From the NCBI RefSeq assembly GCF_006345805.1, contig NC_043001.1, positions 69,998,001 through 70,062,000 on the forward strand: a stretch of 64,000 nucleotides of DNA, given 5' to 3'. Origin of the DNA: Octopus sinensis (lineage: Eukaryota). The notes under the pieces are model-generated. The model saw only the letters and a list, made by a program, of their open reading frames with translations. It was not told the origin of the DNA and did no database searches. Positions 25,061 to 39,250 of the stretch are shown here, piece by piece. The stretch's first letter is position 1. Each line of letters starts with the position of its first letter. Both the position numbers and the translations under genes were made by a program.

Positions 25061-25774
25061 TATACTTATATATATTAATATGTATATAGAAACTACACAT
25101 ACACGCACACACACACACTCACTTATTTACACACACACACAAATATATGTATAAATACGCATACATATTCGTAGCAACTGGTCCGCTTCTCCATAAAGAC
25201 AAGGCCTTTATAAGATAGCTCACCGATATATACAGTTTATTTGTAAAGCGTATTAATAATATTACACACACATTATTATAAATTCCAGATGACACAGAGA
25301 TTAAACGCTGGAGATTATATTAGCAAATATATATTAATAATTCTATATTTGTAAAGGTACGGCCTGACTAAGGTTATGACACTTATATAATCCACGTTGA
25401 TTTTGGCAAACTTAATGTTTTCCTCTTTTTTTATTTCGTCTTTAATGTTTCACTCCATGATATTTATGTGAGGCAATAAAGATTTCTTCGAGGCTGGTCT
25501 CAGTTAAATGTTCTTCGTTGCAAATACATAAGAGATATGGATATTAGCAAGAATATGTCTGCAAAAGGAAAAACAAAGAGATGAAAAAAAGTACATTCAC
25601 GTTCAGTTGAAGCTATCATCATATTGTTTCATGCAGTAGACTTTATAAACCGCTAACTGAGCATTTGTGCTGTTGCTACACGTCCTAGAAATAATAGTTA
25701 AATTCCTTTTCACCCATTTCCAAAGTCCATTTTCGGTTTCCAAAATGGTGTGATGCATTTAATATGTTCTACTA

Positions 25775-25960
25775 TAGGCCTGAATTTTCGGAGGATGATT
25801 GTAGTCGATTTTATCGAACCCAGTGTGCAACAGGCACCTATTTTATTGACTGCGAAACGATGAAAGGCAAAGTCGATCACTGCGCGATTTGAACTCAGAG
25901 CATGAAAAGTGATGGAATACCGCTAAGCATTTTCCACGCGTGCTAATGATTCTCCCAAAT
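25775..25960 (-). mobile_element. SINE family 4, degenerate
   Basis: GATGAAAGGCAAAGTCGA..GATTTGAACTCAGA..ATACCGCTAAGCATTT..GTGCTAATGATTCT. Confidence 0.7.
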
Positions 25961-26000
25961 TACCATCTTTGCGATGTATTTAATAATTAAATACTACTTA

Positions 26001-26140
26001 GGCGCAGGGTTACCTGTGTGATTAAGAAGCTCGCTTTGTGGCCACCTGGTCTGGGACTAATTCCCACTGCATGGCATCTTGGGAAAGTAGTTTCTGTTAT
26101 AATCCCGGGTAGATTAAGGCCTTGTACTGAAATTCGGTTG
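26001..26140 (+). mobile_element. SINE family 1 head, degenerate (body probably continues at 26581-26679)
   Basis: GGCGCAGG...CCCACTGCATGGCATCTTGGGAAAG.. aligns with the 37011 head. Confidence 0.65.
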
Positions 26141-26506
26141 TTCAAAAAATTGCCATTAAAAATTGGGTTATCTCCCCACTAAAAAATAGAGTTAATTTAA
26201 CAACAAGAGATTGGATTAAAATAGATCCTTTTGATTTAAGACTTCAACACATTGTTGACGTTCGGCCTCCTCAATAGGAATGGTATGATTTGTTATAAAA
26301 ATTTTATCATATTCAAACCTGTTTCCACTTTTCGCTTTCCATGTTTACTAATGTTTTCATTTCTTTGTTTCGTTTCATTGGGAGTTAAACAATGTTTTCA
26401 GTTGAGGGAGGTGACCAAAAGTACCGATATTTCTCGTAAAACGGGGGTAGGGGCAATTTTTAATAGGGGAGAGATAACCAAAAAGTACCGCCCTTAGAAC
26501 ATATTA

Positions 26507-26572
<66 letters not shown>

Positions 26573-27001
26573 GTGTGAGTGTGTGTTTATCTCCACTACT
26601 GCTTGACAACCGATGATGAATTAACAGCTCGGCAGATGTCGACGACAGAATAAGTGCTAAAGCTAGAAATAAGTACTGGTAAACATTCCCAAACATATCC
26701 ACAAATGAAAGATAAAAGAATTGATTTATCGGAAATTCCTTTAATTGTAGATCGACTGACTCAGGTCGTGCTAGGGCGGTATCAATATAATCGACTTGTT
26801 TGGTCTCCCCTCACAAATTACTGGCATCAATAAACAAAATAAAATAACAGAAAGTAAGTCTATATGTCCGAAACACAATTACTGTGAGTCGCTGTTTTCA
26901 TCCTATAGAAGAAATAACTGATAACGATTTATCAGTGAAGCTCTGAGTCAGACTGTAGTAGTCGTACATCTAACTATACGCGAAATATATGCATATAAGT
27001 A

Positions 27002-27074
<73 letters not shown>

Positions 27075-27150
27075 TGTGTGTGTGTGTGTGTGTGTGGTGT
27101 GTGTGTGTGTGTGTGTGTATGTGTGTGTGTGTGTGTATGCATGCATACAT

Positions 27151-27300
27151 TATTCTTTTATTCTTTTCTTTCAGTCATTTCTTGACTGCAGCCATGCTAA
27201 AGCACTGCATTTAGCCGAACAAATCGACGCCAGGACATATTCCATCGGTCTCTTTTGCCAAACCGATAAGTTACGGGGACCTAAGCACACCAGCTGTTGG
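27151..27300 (-). mobile_element. SINE family 1 tail
   Basis: TTTCAGTCATTT..GACTGC.GCCATGCT..AGCAC, ATCGGTCTCTTTTGCC.AACCG..AAGTTACGGGGAC is the reverse complement of the family 1 3' half. Confidence 0.75.
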
Positions 27301-27309
27301 CACGGTTCC

Positions 27310-28815
27310 AGCAAATATTCTTTTTACCCGCCTGAAAGGGTATCACGTAAATGATGTCCCATCTGAATCCCAATGTTGCTTCCGATCTGGTGGAGAGACA
27401 ATGGATATGATTTTCACAGCAAGAGAGATGCAGGAGAAGTGCTATGAGTGGAATATTGATCTTGTCGAAGTAGTCATTGATTTATCGAAGGCCTTTGATA
27501 CTTTGAATAGGGCCTTACAATGGAAAGTACTTGGCAAAATTGGATGTCCTGATTACTTTGTATCTATAATTAAATCATTTCATGATTATATAGAGTATTA
27601 GGTCAATTTTGTTGGTAGCATGGCGGGACCCATTCCTGTAGAGAATGGTTTTAAGCAGGATGACATCCTTGCCCCCATTCTTTTTTATTTGAACTTTGCT
27701 GCTGCTTTTACTCATGCTTTTACTTAAATCTCTGACAATATATGTCAGATATCCATCTTCTGGCCGCATCTTCAATCTGCTTCGATTTGTTGCCAATTCA
27801 GAAGTTTTCCTGACTCTTATTCGTGACATTCATTATAGAGATGACCATGACTAAGTCACTCATACAGTGGAAGACATGAAAATACTTGGGAATCGTATTT
27901 TTGCTTCTTGTAAAGCATTTGGACTCAGCGTTAGCCTGGACAAACTGTTGTAATGCACCAGGAAGTCCATAGGTGGAACCAGCTATCTTGGTTGAAGGAA
28001 CAATGCTGAAAGTGGTAGACACGTTTGTCTATCTTAGCAGCACATTCAGCCGAGGTAGACAAGTTTGTCTACCAGGGCAGCTCACCCAGCAGTTTTTGTC
28101 CCCTGGATGATGAAGTATCTTTCAGGAAGCAGAGAGCAATTGATTCCTTTCGGTGTCTTCAGTCTCGTGTCTGGTCCCAGCATGGTATCACAAAGCAAAC
28201 AAAAATCGCTGTGTACCGTAAATGTGTAGTGACATCGCTCCTTTACTCATGTCAGACATGGACCCTTTACAAACTTCATGTAAAAGCTCCTTCGACGCTT
28301 TCATCATAGGTGACTCAGACACATTCGCTAAGTTGGCTGGACCTTAAAAACTCCAGAAAAACAGGTCCTGAGGACAGCTGATATCTTGAGTATTGAGGCG
28401 ATAGTGCACAGGATCCCTAAGCAGATGCTATATGGGGGACTTGTTAATGGAAAAACACCCCGGCAGAAATCAAGGCTGCGATTTAAGGACTGTGTTAAGT
28501 CCTCATTAAAGGCCTGTGATATGTAGGAGACTGACTGGAAGAGCAATGATTGTAATCGCTACAGATGAAGGAAGCAGGTTAAGGAGAGTATCGACAGTTT
28601 TGAGAGAGCACGTATTCTGCATGAAGAACTTAAGAGTGCTGTTCGAAAGCGCACTGCTCGTGTAGTGAATGGGGAAAGTTTGGTTTGCAATGTTTTCAGT
28701 CGTATATGCTTGTCAAGAGCAGGGATCATTAGCCTGCAACGGAGGCGCAAATACAAAATATAAGTTAGTCCTAGAGCGCATGATGTTCCTGGTGGTCAGA
28801 ATGGTCTTTCTCGGT
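27310..28815 (+). mobile_element. RTE-clade (BovB-like) LINE, 5'-truncated, RT to 3' end, pseudogenised
   Basis: ESQCCFRSGGETMDMIFTAREMQEKC..IDLSKAFDTLNR..WKVLGKIGCP; VENGFKQDDILAPILF; FGLSVSLDKTVVMHQ; VWSQHGITKQTKIAVYRKCVVTSLLYSCQTWTLY; degenerate C-terminal Zn-finger CNVFSRICLSRAGI. Multiple stops. Confidence 0.88.
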
Positions 28816-29813
28816 CACGAATGTCGGCCATCATATAGAGATATACAGATAAATAAAATAAATATTAGTGGTATATATATGTATATGTAATTGCCACACA
28901 CACCCCACCTTACTTCAGAATAGAAAACCTATGTTTTAAGCATGTAATATAATCATTTGAATGATATACTGGAATTTTTTGATAGCATTATGTCTAAGAA
29001 AAAACATGTATTTTCTGATCTTCCCACTCTGGATTGGTTTTAGTTTTTCGCCATTAATTTATGTCACATTAAGTATATCCTAAGCAGCGATGAAACTTGC
29101 TAATTCTCTATGATAAACGATTTTTCTGTCGATATAATAAAGATTGTGGTTGTACGGAATATATGGATTTGCTGCTCCTCAAGGAAAAGGATTTGCTTTG
29201 TTGACAAATAATATCCTAATTACGGATTTGTGGAAACATAAGCTATTGTATTCATATACACATGTGTGTATGAATCAGGATATGAATATATGGGCACAAG
29301 AGTATGTAAATATGCATATACATGTATACATACATACATGTATGTGTGTGTAAATATATACATGTATATATATGTGTGTGTGTGTGAGAACATGGATGTG
29401 TGTCTGCATATCTGTAGGTATGTGTGTTATAACACAGGAAATCGGGCGACCGAGAGGGTAAGTATTCATTACGATATGTAGAGCTATGGGAAACCTTTGC
29501 CATGGTCAAATTTAAACTCTAGCTTCAATGGGCAATAGAGTATAAAGCGCTCTAAATACAGTTTAGTATACAACTTAACTCTCCCACATGTGACTTCACA
29601 GACGCATAGACTAACATACGCACACGTCAACGTAAGTGTGTATGAATGCATCTATGTTAGTTTGTGTGTATGTATGTATACATGTATGCATTTATGTTTC
29701 TATGCATGTACAGTGTCACTTTTCAAAGTTATCACCAATAGAGAAAGACCTGGAAATATTCCAGACTCATGTCTCCTTCATCGGAATTTATACATGACGC
29801 ATGAGGGTCTTAC

Positions 29814-29911
<98 letters not shown>

Positions 29912-29989
29912 ATATATATATTATATATATATAATATATACATGCATGTATATACCTATATATATATGTATATACACACACATAAATGG

Positions 29990-30370
29990 GTGCAGGACGT
30001 CAAAAAAAAAACGTGAACATGAAAAACGAGCACGGGAAGAACAAAAACCTGGAAAACGAACTTCTTTTTCCGAACATCGAAAGAAACAAATAAAGAAACG
30101 AACCAGGCAACATAAAGAACAATCCCTTCATCAATTCACCCCTGTTTTATCTACTCCGCGTTTCGAACGCTGGACCAAGACGCGTGTTCGTTCAAACAGT
30201 CGTTCCCGCAAAGCAAATAAAATAAAATTTGGGATTTGCGGAGGGATAACGTGGTAACAAAAACAGGACAGTAAGAACAAAACAGTAAAAACAAACAGTA
30301 AGTGATGTTAAGCTATAACTAGGTGAAGTGGTGAACGCTGGAGAAAGGAGCTTTGACAGGAGACAGGCGA
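29990..30370 (-). repeat. Interspersed repeat related to family X
   Basis: Same orientation and motifs as 18530-18880 (CAGGACGTCA, CCCTTCATCA, TTTCGA, TTTGCGGAGGG). Inserted next to (TA)n. Confidence 0.6.
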
Positions 30371-30437
30371 TGCATGTGTATATCCATATATATATATGTA
30401 TGTACATATATGTATGTATATATTCATATTTTTGGAA

Positions 30438-30816
30438 GCACTCCGTCGGTTACGACGATGAGAGTTCTGGTTGATCCGAATCAACGGAACAGCCTGCTCG
30501 TGAAATTAACGTGTAAGTGGCTGAGCACTCCACATACACGTGCACCCTTAACGTAGTTCTCGGGGATATTCTGCGAGACACAGAGAGTGACAAGGCCGGC
30601 CCCTTGAAATACAGGTACAACAGAAACAGGAAGTAAGAGTGAGAGAAAGTTGTGGTGAAAGAGTACAGCAGGGATCACCACCATCCCCTGCCGGAGCCTC
30701 GTGAGCTTTTAGGTGTTTACCGCTCAATAACACTCACAACGCCCGTCTGGGAATCGAAACTGCGATCCTATGACCGCGAGTCCGCTGCCCTAACCACTGG
30801 GCAATTGCGCCTCCAC
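30438..30816 (-). mobile_element. tRNA-derived SINE, family 3, full length
   Basis: Minus-strand head GGAGGCGCAATTGCCCAGTGGTTAGGGCAGCGGACTCGCGGTCATAGGATCGCAGTTTCGATTCCCAGAC has A and B boxes, followed by a non-tRNA body and tail. Confidence 0.8.
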
Positions 30817-30849
30817 CATATTCATATATATATATATTATATATATATA

Positions 30850-30885
<36 letters not shown>

Positions 30886-30935
30886 CATGTATGTATGTGT
30901 AAATACACATATATACATATACACACACATATATG

Positions 30936-30977
<42 letters not shown>

Positions 30978-31045
30978 TGATTGATTGATTGATTCTAGTT
31001 TCAGCTTATGAGCTGTGGCCATTTCTATTTTATAAATGTCAATGT

Positions 31046-31258
31046 TTGTGAAGAAGAAGAAGAGGAAGAAGAAGAAGAAAAGAAGGAGAAGAAGAGAAGA
31101 AGAAGAAGAAGAAGAAGAAGAAGAAGAAGAAGAAGAAGAAGAAGAAGCAGAAGAAGAAGAAGAAGAAGAAGAAGAAGAAGAAGAAGAATGAGGAGGAGGA
31201 AGAGGAGAGAAGCAAAGGAGAGAAAAATGACAAAGAGGTAAGAAAAGAAGAAGAATAG
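31046..31258. repeat. (GAA)n/(GAG)n purine trinucleotide tract
   Basis: Directly visible. Confidence 0.97.
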
Positions 31259-32689
31259 CACGTGCGAATGATATTAGGTTCTGAAAGAAGTAGGACCAAA
31301 ATTACTGAATGGATCCTTATGATTTTCGGAATTTAGATTCAATTCAGAAGAGCAGATATAATTGTGGTATGGTTGGTTTGATTTGGAGGGAGCTCAAAGG
31401 GGGCATTCACCACCCCTGAACATTCATAAATTTCCAATGCTGATGAAATTTCCACCATAAGTAATTGACACAAATCAAGGAGTATTCCCCACGTTTCTGC
31501 TTCTTATGAGGATTCTAAGACCCCCTAACTCCCAAATTTTAGTCATTTATTATGATCCAAAACAAAGTCAAATATACTGAATGGATCTTTATGAAATTTG
31601 GAAATTATATTCTATTCATAGGGGCGGATGTAATGCAGCATCTGTGAATGTGAGGGAGCATAAATTTTTCCTTTTTTTTGTAGCTTTTATCAGATAGAGT
31701 GGACATCAGAGATAGTTTTGTTTTTTTACTTTCTGTCTTTGTTACATGAGTATAATATTCTGAAAATTTCGAGTTATCTTGCTAAGATTTTGCAATGTAC
31801 ACTCAAAAGATATTTTTCTCATTTAACTAATCAAAAATAAAGTATTAACAAAGTTCGTAAAAATCTACATATTGACGAATACATTGTCAATAAATCATTT
31901 AATATATAATTTCTGCTTTAAATTTAAAGAGAAAATTTCGCCATTAACAAATGATATAAATAAACTTTTTTAAATATTTCATTTTAAAGAACAAAAAGAA
32001 AGAATGAAGTAGGCACTGGGCCAGACGAGCACTTTGGTGCACTTTCGTGCACTCAATGAACTAAATGCAATTTATCGATTTTTTTTTCAATTTTATTGGG
32101 AAAACTTAAAAGTACAAAACAATTGTATACTGAAAAAACATTGTAAATTGAAGAATGAAAAACCTCGAAAAAACAAAAAAAATCTGACATCCGATTGAAT
32201 ACACACGTATAGTACATATTTTTATGATAATTTAGTCTTCCTTTACGCACTATGTATATATTTATGAAAGCTTTTGTGTGTGTGCGTGTGGTGCCTCGTG
32301 TGTGTATGTGTGTGTGTGTGCGTGCATGTGTAAATGTGTCTGTGCATGTATGCGTGAGATTGGTGATTCGTTACTTTTAGCACTTTTAGCAACCCCTCCT
32401 GCAGTTATACCGGTGCGTCATCTTTAGATTTGAAAGGCCTCTGTTTTTTTTTCTTTCCGTCTCTGTTCGCATGAAAATACAAAAATCTTTGCTTTCCGAA
32501 TGTTAAGGAAACGTGACTGACATTTCTAAACGCTGGATCAAAGAATAGGTGCAGGCCACTGCGGTTTGCTGGCTCGTGTGTGAGTGTGTGTGTGTATGTG
32601 TATGCGTATGTGCGCGCGCTTGTGTCTGTGTGTATCCGTATGGGTGCGATACAATCATATATACATACATATACATAAGTGTACGTATG

Positions 32690-32802
32690 TATATGATGGA
32701 ATAGTTACTATGAAGCATTATATAGAATATATTGTATAAATGATTGTGGGTGTGCCTTGTTTTTTACTTCATATTATTCCGGCCTTAGCCACGATCCTTC
32801 AG

Positions 32803-32840
<38 letters not shown>

Positions 32841-32998
32841 TATATATATATATATATTATATATATATATGTATATTACGTATATGATGGAATAGTTACT
32901 ATGAAGCATGGTGTAGAATATATTGTATAAAGGATCATGGGGTTGCCTTGCTTTTACTTCGTATTGTTCTGGCTTTACCCACGATCCTTTATGCAATA
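32690..32998. repeat. Two diverged tandem copies of a ~115-bp unit ending in a 78-bp hairpin (MITE-like)
   Basis: Units 32690-32805 and 32880-32998 share TATATGATGGAATAGTTACTATGAAGCAT. Copy 2 has 21-bp inverted arms at 32921-32941 and 32978-32998 (19/21 match). Confidence 0.8.
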
Positions 32999-33026
32999 CA
33001 CACACACTCACACACACACACACACT

Positions 33027-33116
<90 letters not shown>

Positions 33117-33199
33117 CATATATATTACATATAAGAGGGTCTTTCACGCATTTACCATATAACAATTCCCTCACAAAGCATTAACTTGTATGTTTCGTA

Positions 33200-33780
33200 T
33201 ATTCTCTCCAGGCAAAATTATGAAGTGGTAGATACCATCAACTCTAGAACTTGGCTGCTACTTAATACTATCGACAGCCGAAAAAAAGAAAGGTAATGTT
33301 GACAGGGTTTGAAATGGCAACATAGAAAGGTAGATGAAATAACCAAAGTATTTTTCTGACACCTCAAAATATTGATAATATAACGATAATGAAACGCGTA
33401 TAAGAAAAAAATAAAGGACAACGGAAGGAAATTGCACCAATGCATAAACCACAGAATAGAATGCACCAAAGGTAGGTTGATAATTGTAGGAGTTAGTTCA
33501 GTGTGGATTGAGGAGGAAGTTATAGAATTGGCTATGGATACAGGATTTTAGGCATTGTGAAAATTGGGAGGGGAGTAATATCTTGTGTGGTGTTGCAGGG
33601 CAGTGTGTAAGGAGAACCTCACAAGATTGTAGGTGATTGGTGTTATATGGAAAATCTGTGTGATTGTGACTATCGGTTTTAGAAGGTCAGTATATATGCA
33701 GATTAGACCTATTACGAGTAAGTATAGATTTGAAATAGTTGTACGTCTGAAGAATATTAGGATTAAAAAATAACTTTCAG
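33200..33780 (-). mobile_element. Decayed Neptune-like PLE linker/GIY-YIG fragment
   Basis: Minus-strand FKSILTRNRSNL, TLPCNT, ANSITSSS, YLWCILFCGLCIGAI resemble a PLE linker and the 'NLIYCI.C..C...YIG' motif. Confidence 0.45.
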
Positions 33781-34662
33781 ATCGATGTGGGGAAAGTCGT
33801 CACTTGTCTTTTAAACCTTGCAACTAAATTGGGTGATTCGATAGAGCATCGAATAAAATGCCTTGTAGCATTTGCTCTGTCCCATTATGCCACGTTCAGC
33901 TGTGTCTGTCATCCCTTTGCGATTGCCAAGACAACCCCAATCTACGGTAGTAAGTTGGTAAAACAGTATATGTTTAGACTAGATATTTCACTGTATTGAT
34001 TAAATAGTTTTGGGTTGTCAGTTTAAACTTTATCGTGGTCAATTTGGACGGTAAACTTAATCAATTTGGACGGTACACTTTTGGACACATTGTGCACCTC
34101 TAGTAGACTCTGTTACAACAATTCGAAACAGATCTCCTACTTGAGCATATCATTCTACATCCATTCCCTCCCACCAAGCGCTGAGGCCTTCTAAAAATAT
34201 CATTCACATAACAAAAATACATGAACCACTGCGTTTAACCTAACAAAGACTAACACGAAGTACCTCCATACTGGGATGTCAAGGATATCGAATAACCGAA
34301 CACTTAAAACACAGGGTGGAATTTTATATCCGTTAGTGTCCAGGTTGGAAATGTATTCCGGAAAAATGTTAGTATTGGCTTGCATAAATCAGTTACAGCG
34401 CTTTGCGTCAACGACACTCTCTGGGAAGGTTTTTTTTTTATTAAGTTATTGACGCGTTACTTAGCAGCCCTTGAATTTGAGTTTGACTTGAGTTTCTGAA
34501 AAACTACAATACGTGTATCATCAGAGTGAACATGCTTGAGTGCATAAGTATGCATGAGAGTGCATCTCTTTTTAATATGTATCGTGCTGCGCAGTCAGTT
34601 TTCGAAAACATAGGCAGCATGATTTGTCTAAATAATGACGCAACATGTAATAAGATACTAAT

Positions 34663-34697
<35 letters not shown>

Positions 34698-34731
34698 ACT
34701 ATATACGATGAAATGCTAATGTGTATATATA

Positions 34732-34778
<47 letters not shown>

Positions 34779-34929
34779 GTGTGTGTGTGTGTGTATGTGT
34801 GTGTGTGTGTGTGTGTGTGTAAGCCCCGCACACAAAAGAGTATGCGAATGTGTGTAGTGCGTATGTGTCGATCGATATGCATGATAATCTGTCAAAATTT
34901 TTATTTTCTTAGCTATCTATGCATAAGAA

Positions 34930-34956
34930 TCAACACCTTTATGTGTGTATATATAC

Positions 34957-35008
<52 letters not shown>

Positions 35009-35015
35009 TATATAC

Positions 35016-35102
<87 letters not shown>

Positions 35103-35130
35103 TATATATATATATACATACACACGCATA
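34930..35130. repeat. Long (TA)n/(TACATA)n microsatellite
   Basis: Directly visible. Confidence 0.96.
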
Positions 35131-35429
35131 CACATATATTTCGGATTAACTTTTGGTTAATTCCATGCATGTCTATGTTTGCATATATGTGAATATGTGA
35201 ATGTGGACTTATAATTTCGTGCGTGTTCGTTTATGTGTATTACTGTTTTACTGTATACACACGCGCGTGCATACATATATACACAACTGAATATAAACTC
35301 ATATATTCAAATATATATATTTACATATACATATATATATATGTATATATATGTATATACATACATATACATATATGTATATATATATATGTATATATGT
35401 ATATGTATATATATATATATGTATATATA

Positions 35430-35460
<31 letters not shown>

Positions 35461-35895
35461 TCCCATATGTACATGTATAATATCATACATACACATATAA
35501 ACATGTATCTATGTATATATATATATATATATATTAATGTATACATAGGTATAAATATATGTAACTTCAGACACATACATTTGTAGTACATAATAAGATG
35601 ACAGCCATATTATCCCAACGCTTCTATTCAACCACTCTGTGTACATTGAAGGTGATATTTATATTATAAATTATATATTATTTCATTCAGGTATATTCCG
35701 TTGGCTTTAGCGAAAATATAATTAATTTAGAAAATGAAAAACGAACTAAAACGAATAAACACACAACAATGATATAAAAAATAATAAAATAAAACTAAAA
35801 AAAAATTATGAAATAAAATCTTCAGAAAATGGCGAAATAAAATATAAAAGTAAATTCTATGGAGAAAGAATTGAGCGAAAATCATGCAGCTTTTA

Positions 35896-35966
<71 letters not shown>

Positions 35967-37010
35967 CTTTGTGCATTTTATTGAATTAAGCGTAATCTGA
36001 CTAATGGAATATGTTTGAGGAGGAGAACTGATCGGAATTTTTATCTTGTAGGATTGAAAGAATATAGGACTCAATGTCTGGCTGATTGAATATATCTCCT
36101 TGTTTACAGTTCGAGTAGTAATCCTGACTGATATTGGAAATGAATAACTATATTAAAACAACTGACGCCCATCACCAACAACAAACTTGCAAAAAAAAAA
36201 ACTCATACAATTTCTGGTTCTCGCTCTGTCTGTCTGTCTGTCTGTCTCTTTGTCTTTCTCTCTTTCTATTTTTCTGTCCCTCCGCGCGCTCACTCCCCCC
36301 ATCTCCGAGACATACGTACGACCGTGTGTATATTTACATCAATACGTATATATAAGTGTACTTGTGTGCTTGTGTTTGTGTGTAAATATATATATAGACA
36401 TAATGAGATAGAGATAGAGAGAGGGGAGAGAGAGAGACAGTTACATACACACACAGGCGTACTTATAGATAAATATAGTCATGAATGCGCTCACATCGAC
36501 ACCCACGCAGATATAGGTTACGCACATATTTATTTTCTTCCATTGTTATATTTATATATCTTTCGTTAAAGATAGTATTTTCATGAATTTTATATACATT
36601 TAATTTATATGAGCATTAAATTGCATTCATAGTGATAGTAAAGCTCCCCAGAGGTCAGATTTACTCCCTTCATCTTGGTAGAACAAACACCGTGTCTATA
36701 AACAAACACCGTAAACAAAATATGTTCGGTTCAACGAAATTTCAGGCCCTGCCTAAATAACTACAACACATTCCGGGAAAAACAGGAACGTACGGCATAA
36801 CTGGAGTACGAAGAGCACAACCTGCTAGAATCAGCATGAAAATTTCTCTCTAAATATACTCTCCGGTACTAAACCGAGCTCACATTATATGGTGTAGCCC
36901 TGACAACAATAAATGACATGATGACGTGATAATCACGATCAGTATTTATGTACCAAATGCAAATATCGCATACATAAAGCCCGCGGATATGCATGATAAT
37001 CATCCGAATA

Positions 37011-37430
37011 GGCGCAGGAGTGGCTGTGTGGTAAGTAGCTTGCTTACCAACCACATGGTTCCAGGTTCAGTCCCACTGCGTGGCATCTTGGGCAAGTGTC
37101 TTCTGCTATAGCCCCGGGCCGACCAATGCCTTGTGAGTGGATTTGGTAGACAGAAACTGAAAGAATCCTGTCGTATATATGTATATATATGTAGGTGTGT
37201 GTGTATGTGTTTGTGTGTGTGTGTGTTTGTCCCTGTAGCATTGCTTGACAACCGATGCTGGTGTGGTTACGTCCCCGTCACATAGCGGTTCGGCAAAAGA
37301 GACCGATAGAATAAGTACTGGGCTTACAAAGAATAAGTCCCGGGGTCGATTTGCTCGACTAAAGGCGGTGCTCCAGCATGGCCACAGTCAAATGACTGAA
37401 ACAAGTAAAAGAGTAAAGAGTAAAAGAGTA
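37011..37430 (+). mobile_element. tRNA-derived SINE family 1, full-length reference copy
   Basis: A-box TGGCTGTGTGG (37021), B-box-like GGTTCAGTCCC (37064), central CTTGGGCAAG domain, internal (TA)(TG) tract, and (GAGTAAAA)n tail. At least 8 related fragments in the window. Confidence 0.92.
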
Positions 37431-37479
37431 TATATTACAATTAGTTCTAATGTCACCAGTGGTTAAATTGTAACAGATG

Positions 37480-38130
37480 TTGGCTTTTCAAAACATGGCA
37501 GAGAAAATCATAGAGTGTTCGAAACGTTCGCTTTGCAATCATGTGGTCCCTTGGTGGACTGTGGTGCACCTGAAGTGTTTCCTCCATAATCTCTGAATCG
37601 GGGCTTGTCCATATATTCGGAAAATATATTTTGGCCAAAATAATATGAAATGGCACAGTACTAAATCTTAAGAAATTAATAAAGAATAGGCCCTCCAGAT
37701 TTTTTCGCAGAATAATCGACCCACACACGCCTGGAATGTCGTTAGACACTCACACTCAAACAATGCATACATTACCCACGAGGAAGAATGTGTTGGGCTT
37801 GGGCGGTTTCGGGGTACTTTCGGGCCAAGGACTACAATGGAAAATTTCCAGAAATCATACCAAGGGGCACTACCGGTTCGGGATAAACTCTGGAGGCGTG
37901 AAACAAGCCGCATGTACAAAAGGTGGAACTGGCGGCGACAAATAGTGAAAATAGCACCACCTCACACCTTTAACAAGGTCTGACTAGTGATATCCTCTGT
38001 CTAGGAGCTACGTTGAAAGAGGATATGGAGCGCACGATGCTGAAATGAATGAGAATAGAAATCTTCCGCAGCGCCGCATAGACCTATCGTGACTGAACGC
38101 GTATGCAAAATTCATTGAACAGAAAATTCT
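37480..38130 (+). mobile_element. L1/Tx1-type LINE ORF2 C-terminal remnant
   Basis: HTRLECR*TL and FRGTFGPRTTMENFQKSYQGALPVRDKLWRR resemble the Tx1-like 'WHLECRQAL' and 'WQCYRGALPVRDKLYRH' motifs. Confidence 0.55.
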
Positions 38131-39047
38131 GAGTTGAACAAACATGAAACCCAGTTCAAATGGAATTCGTAATTATTAAAATGTGGAATTTATACTAAAT
38201 TGAAAGAACACATTTTTCTGGTCGTAAATGCTAAATATTGGAGTGTTTATTCGCTCTATCCTATTATGATGCGAATGACTCTATGGATTAATAAAAAAAA
38301 AAAAAAAAACACGTATCAACAATTTCCATTCATTTGTCTTGGCTGATATCAGGAGAAAATGTTTTTATAAAGAGATGAGATGGAACAGAACAAGACTTAG
38401 CTGTATGTAAGTAAAAATGAATATCTTTACAAAAAAGTAAATAAATCAATAGAATATGTGTTTATAAAGCACAGTTATTGTAGAACCATAAGAGAAAATT
38501 CTATCATTTATTATTCGCTGGCGACGTTCTCCCCTAATTCCTACACTTATAATACCTATTGCTACCTCACGAGAATAAACATTTAGAAAATTTGTTTCCA
38601 TTGCTATTATCATATATTTTATTGATTTTATTTAACACAGCAATTGATAAGAAATGGGCGTCGCAAATTCCTAACGCCGATCCACTTTTCAGAGTATTAT
38701 GTTGTTGTTTTTTTTATATTGGGTGTGGTGGTCTGCTTGGCACAAAGCGTACTATGATCAGTCAAACTAATGTGTACCAACAGCTAGAACCGTCCAGCTT
38801 GTGGCACACATTTGTTGGTTTTCTTTAAACTATAATACCAATAAATATATTCGATATACTTAGAAAAACATTAAGTGTTTTTAATATCATCACTGCTTTC
38901 TAGACATCCACAACAAATACAACTTACCCAAGTTCAATACGGCTAAGTCTTTTGTTGCTCATCCTATTTATATATCGCTGCTGAGCTAAACTCCTATCTA
39001 AATATTTCCACTAGTTTATTTCATCCAAACTAAAATCCATCCCATCA

Positions 39048-39250
39048 CTAGGGGTGCTGAAAAATTCTTGTTTTTACTTAAAAGAAAATACAGGAGGATC
39101 TATTAATTAAAATTTTATTCAACATACTTCTCTCTCAGGATAACACTTATTGTAGCATCCTTCAATTTTTCTTAAGGCTTGTGAAAGAACTTAAAAGGTT
39201 GGGCCTTTCACCAGGCCTTTCGCGACAACTTTAACGCCAGAAACTTTTCT
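39048..39250 (-). mobile_element. Mariner-derived MITE, degenerate
   Basis: Left end GGGGTGCTGAAAAATTCTTG and right end GCCAGAAACTTTTC are imperfect inverted termini. The minus strand retains a transposase C-terminus (KKLKD..SVILREKYVE*). Confidence 0.6.

Noticed and set aside
28016-28095. ~39-bp tandem duplication (GTAGACA.GTTTGTCTA..GCAGC.CA..CAGC) inside the RTE LINE
   Set aside because: Best explained as a local duplication in a dead copy; no functional implication.
27310-28815. Potentially active RTE LINE
   Set aside because: This copy is 5'-truncated, lacks the endonuclease, has multiple stops and its catalytic YADD region is degenerate.
37011-37085. tRNA genes at SINE heads (also 44232, 30745-30816, 43398, 47090)
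   Set aside because: A/B boxes are present but the cloverleaf is incomplete and each continues into a shared SINE body.
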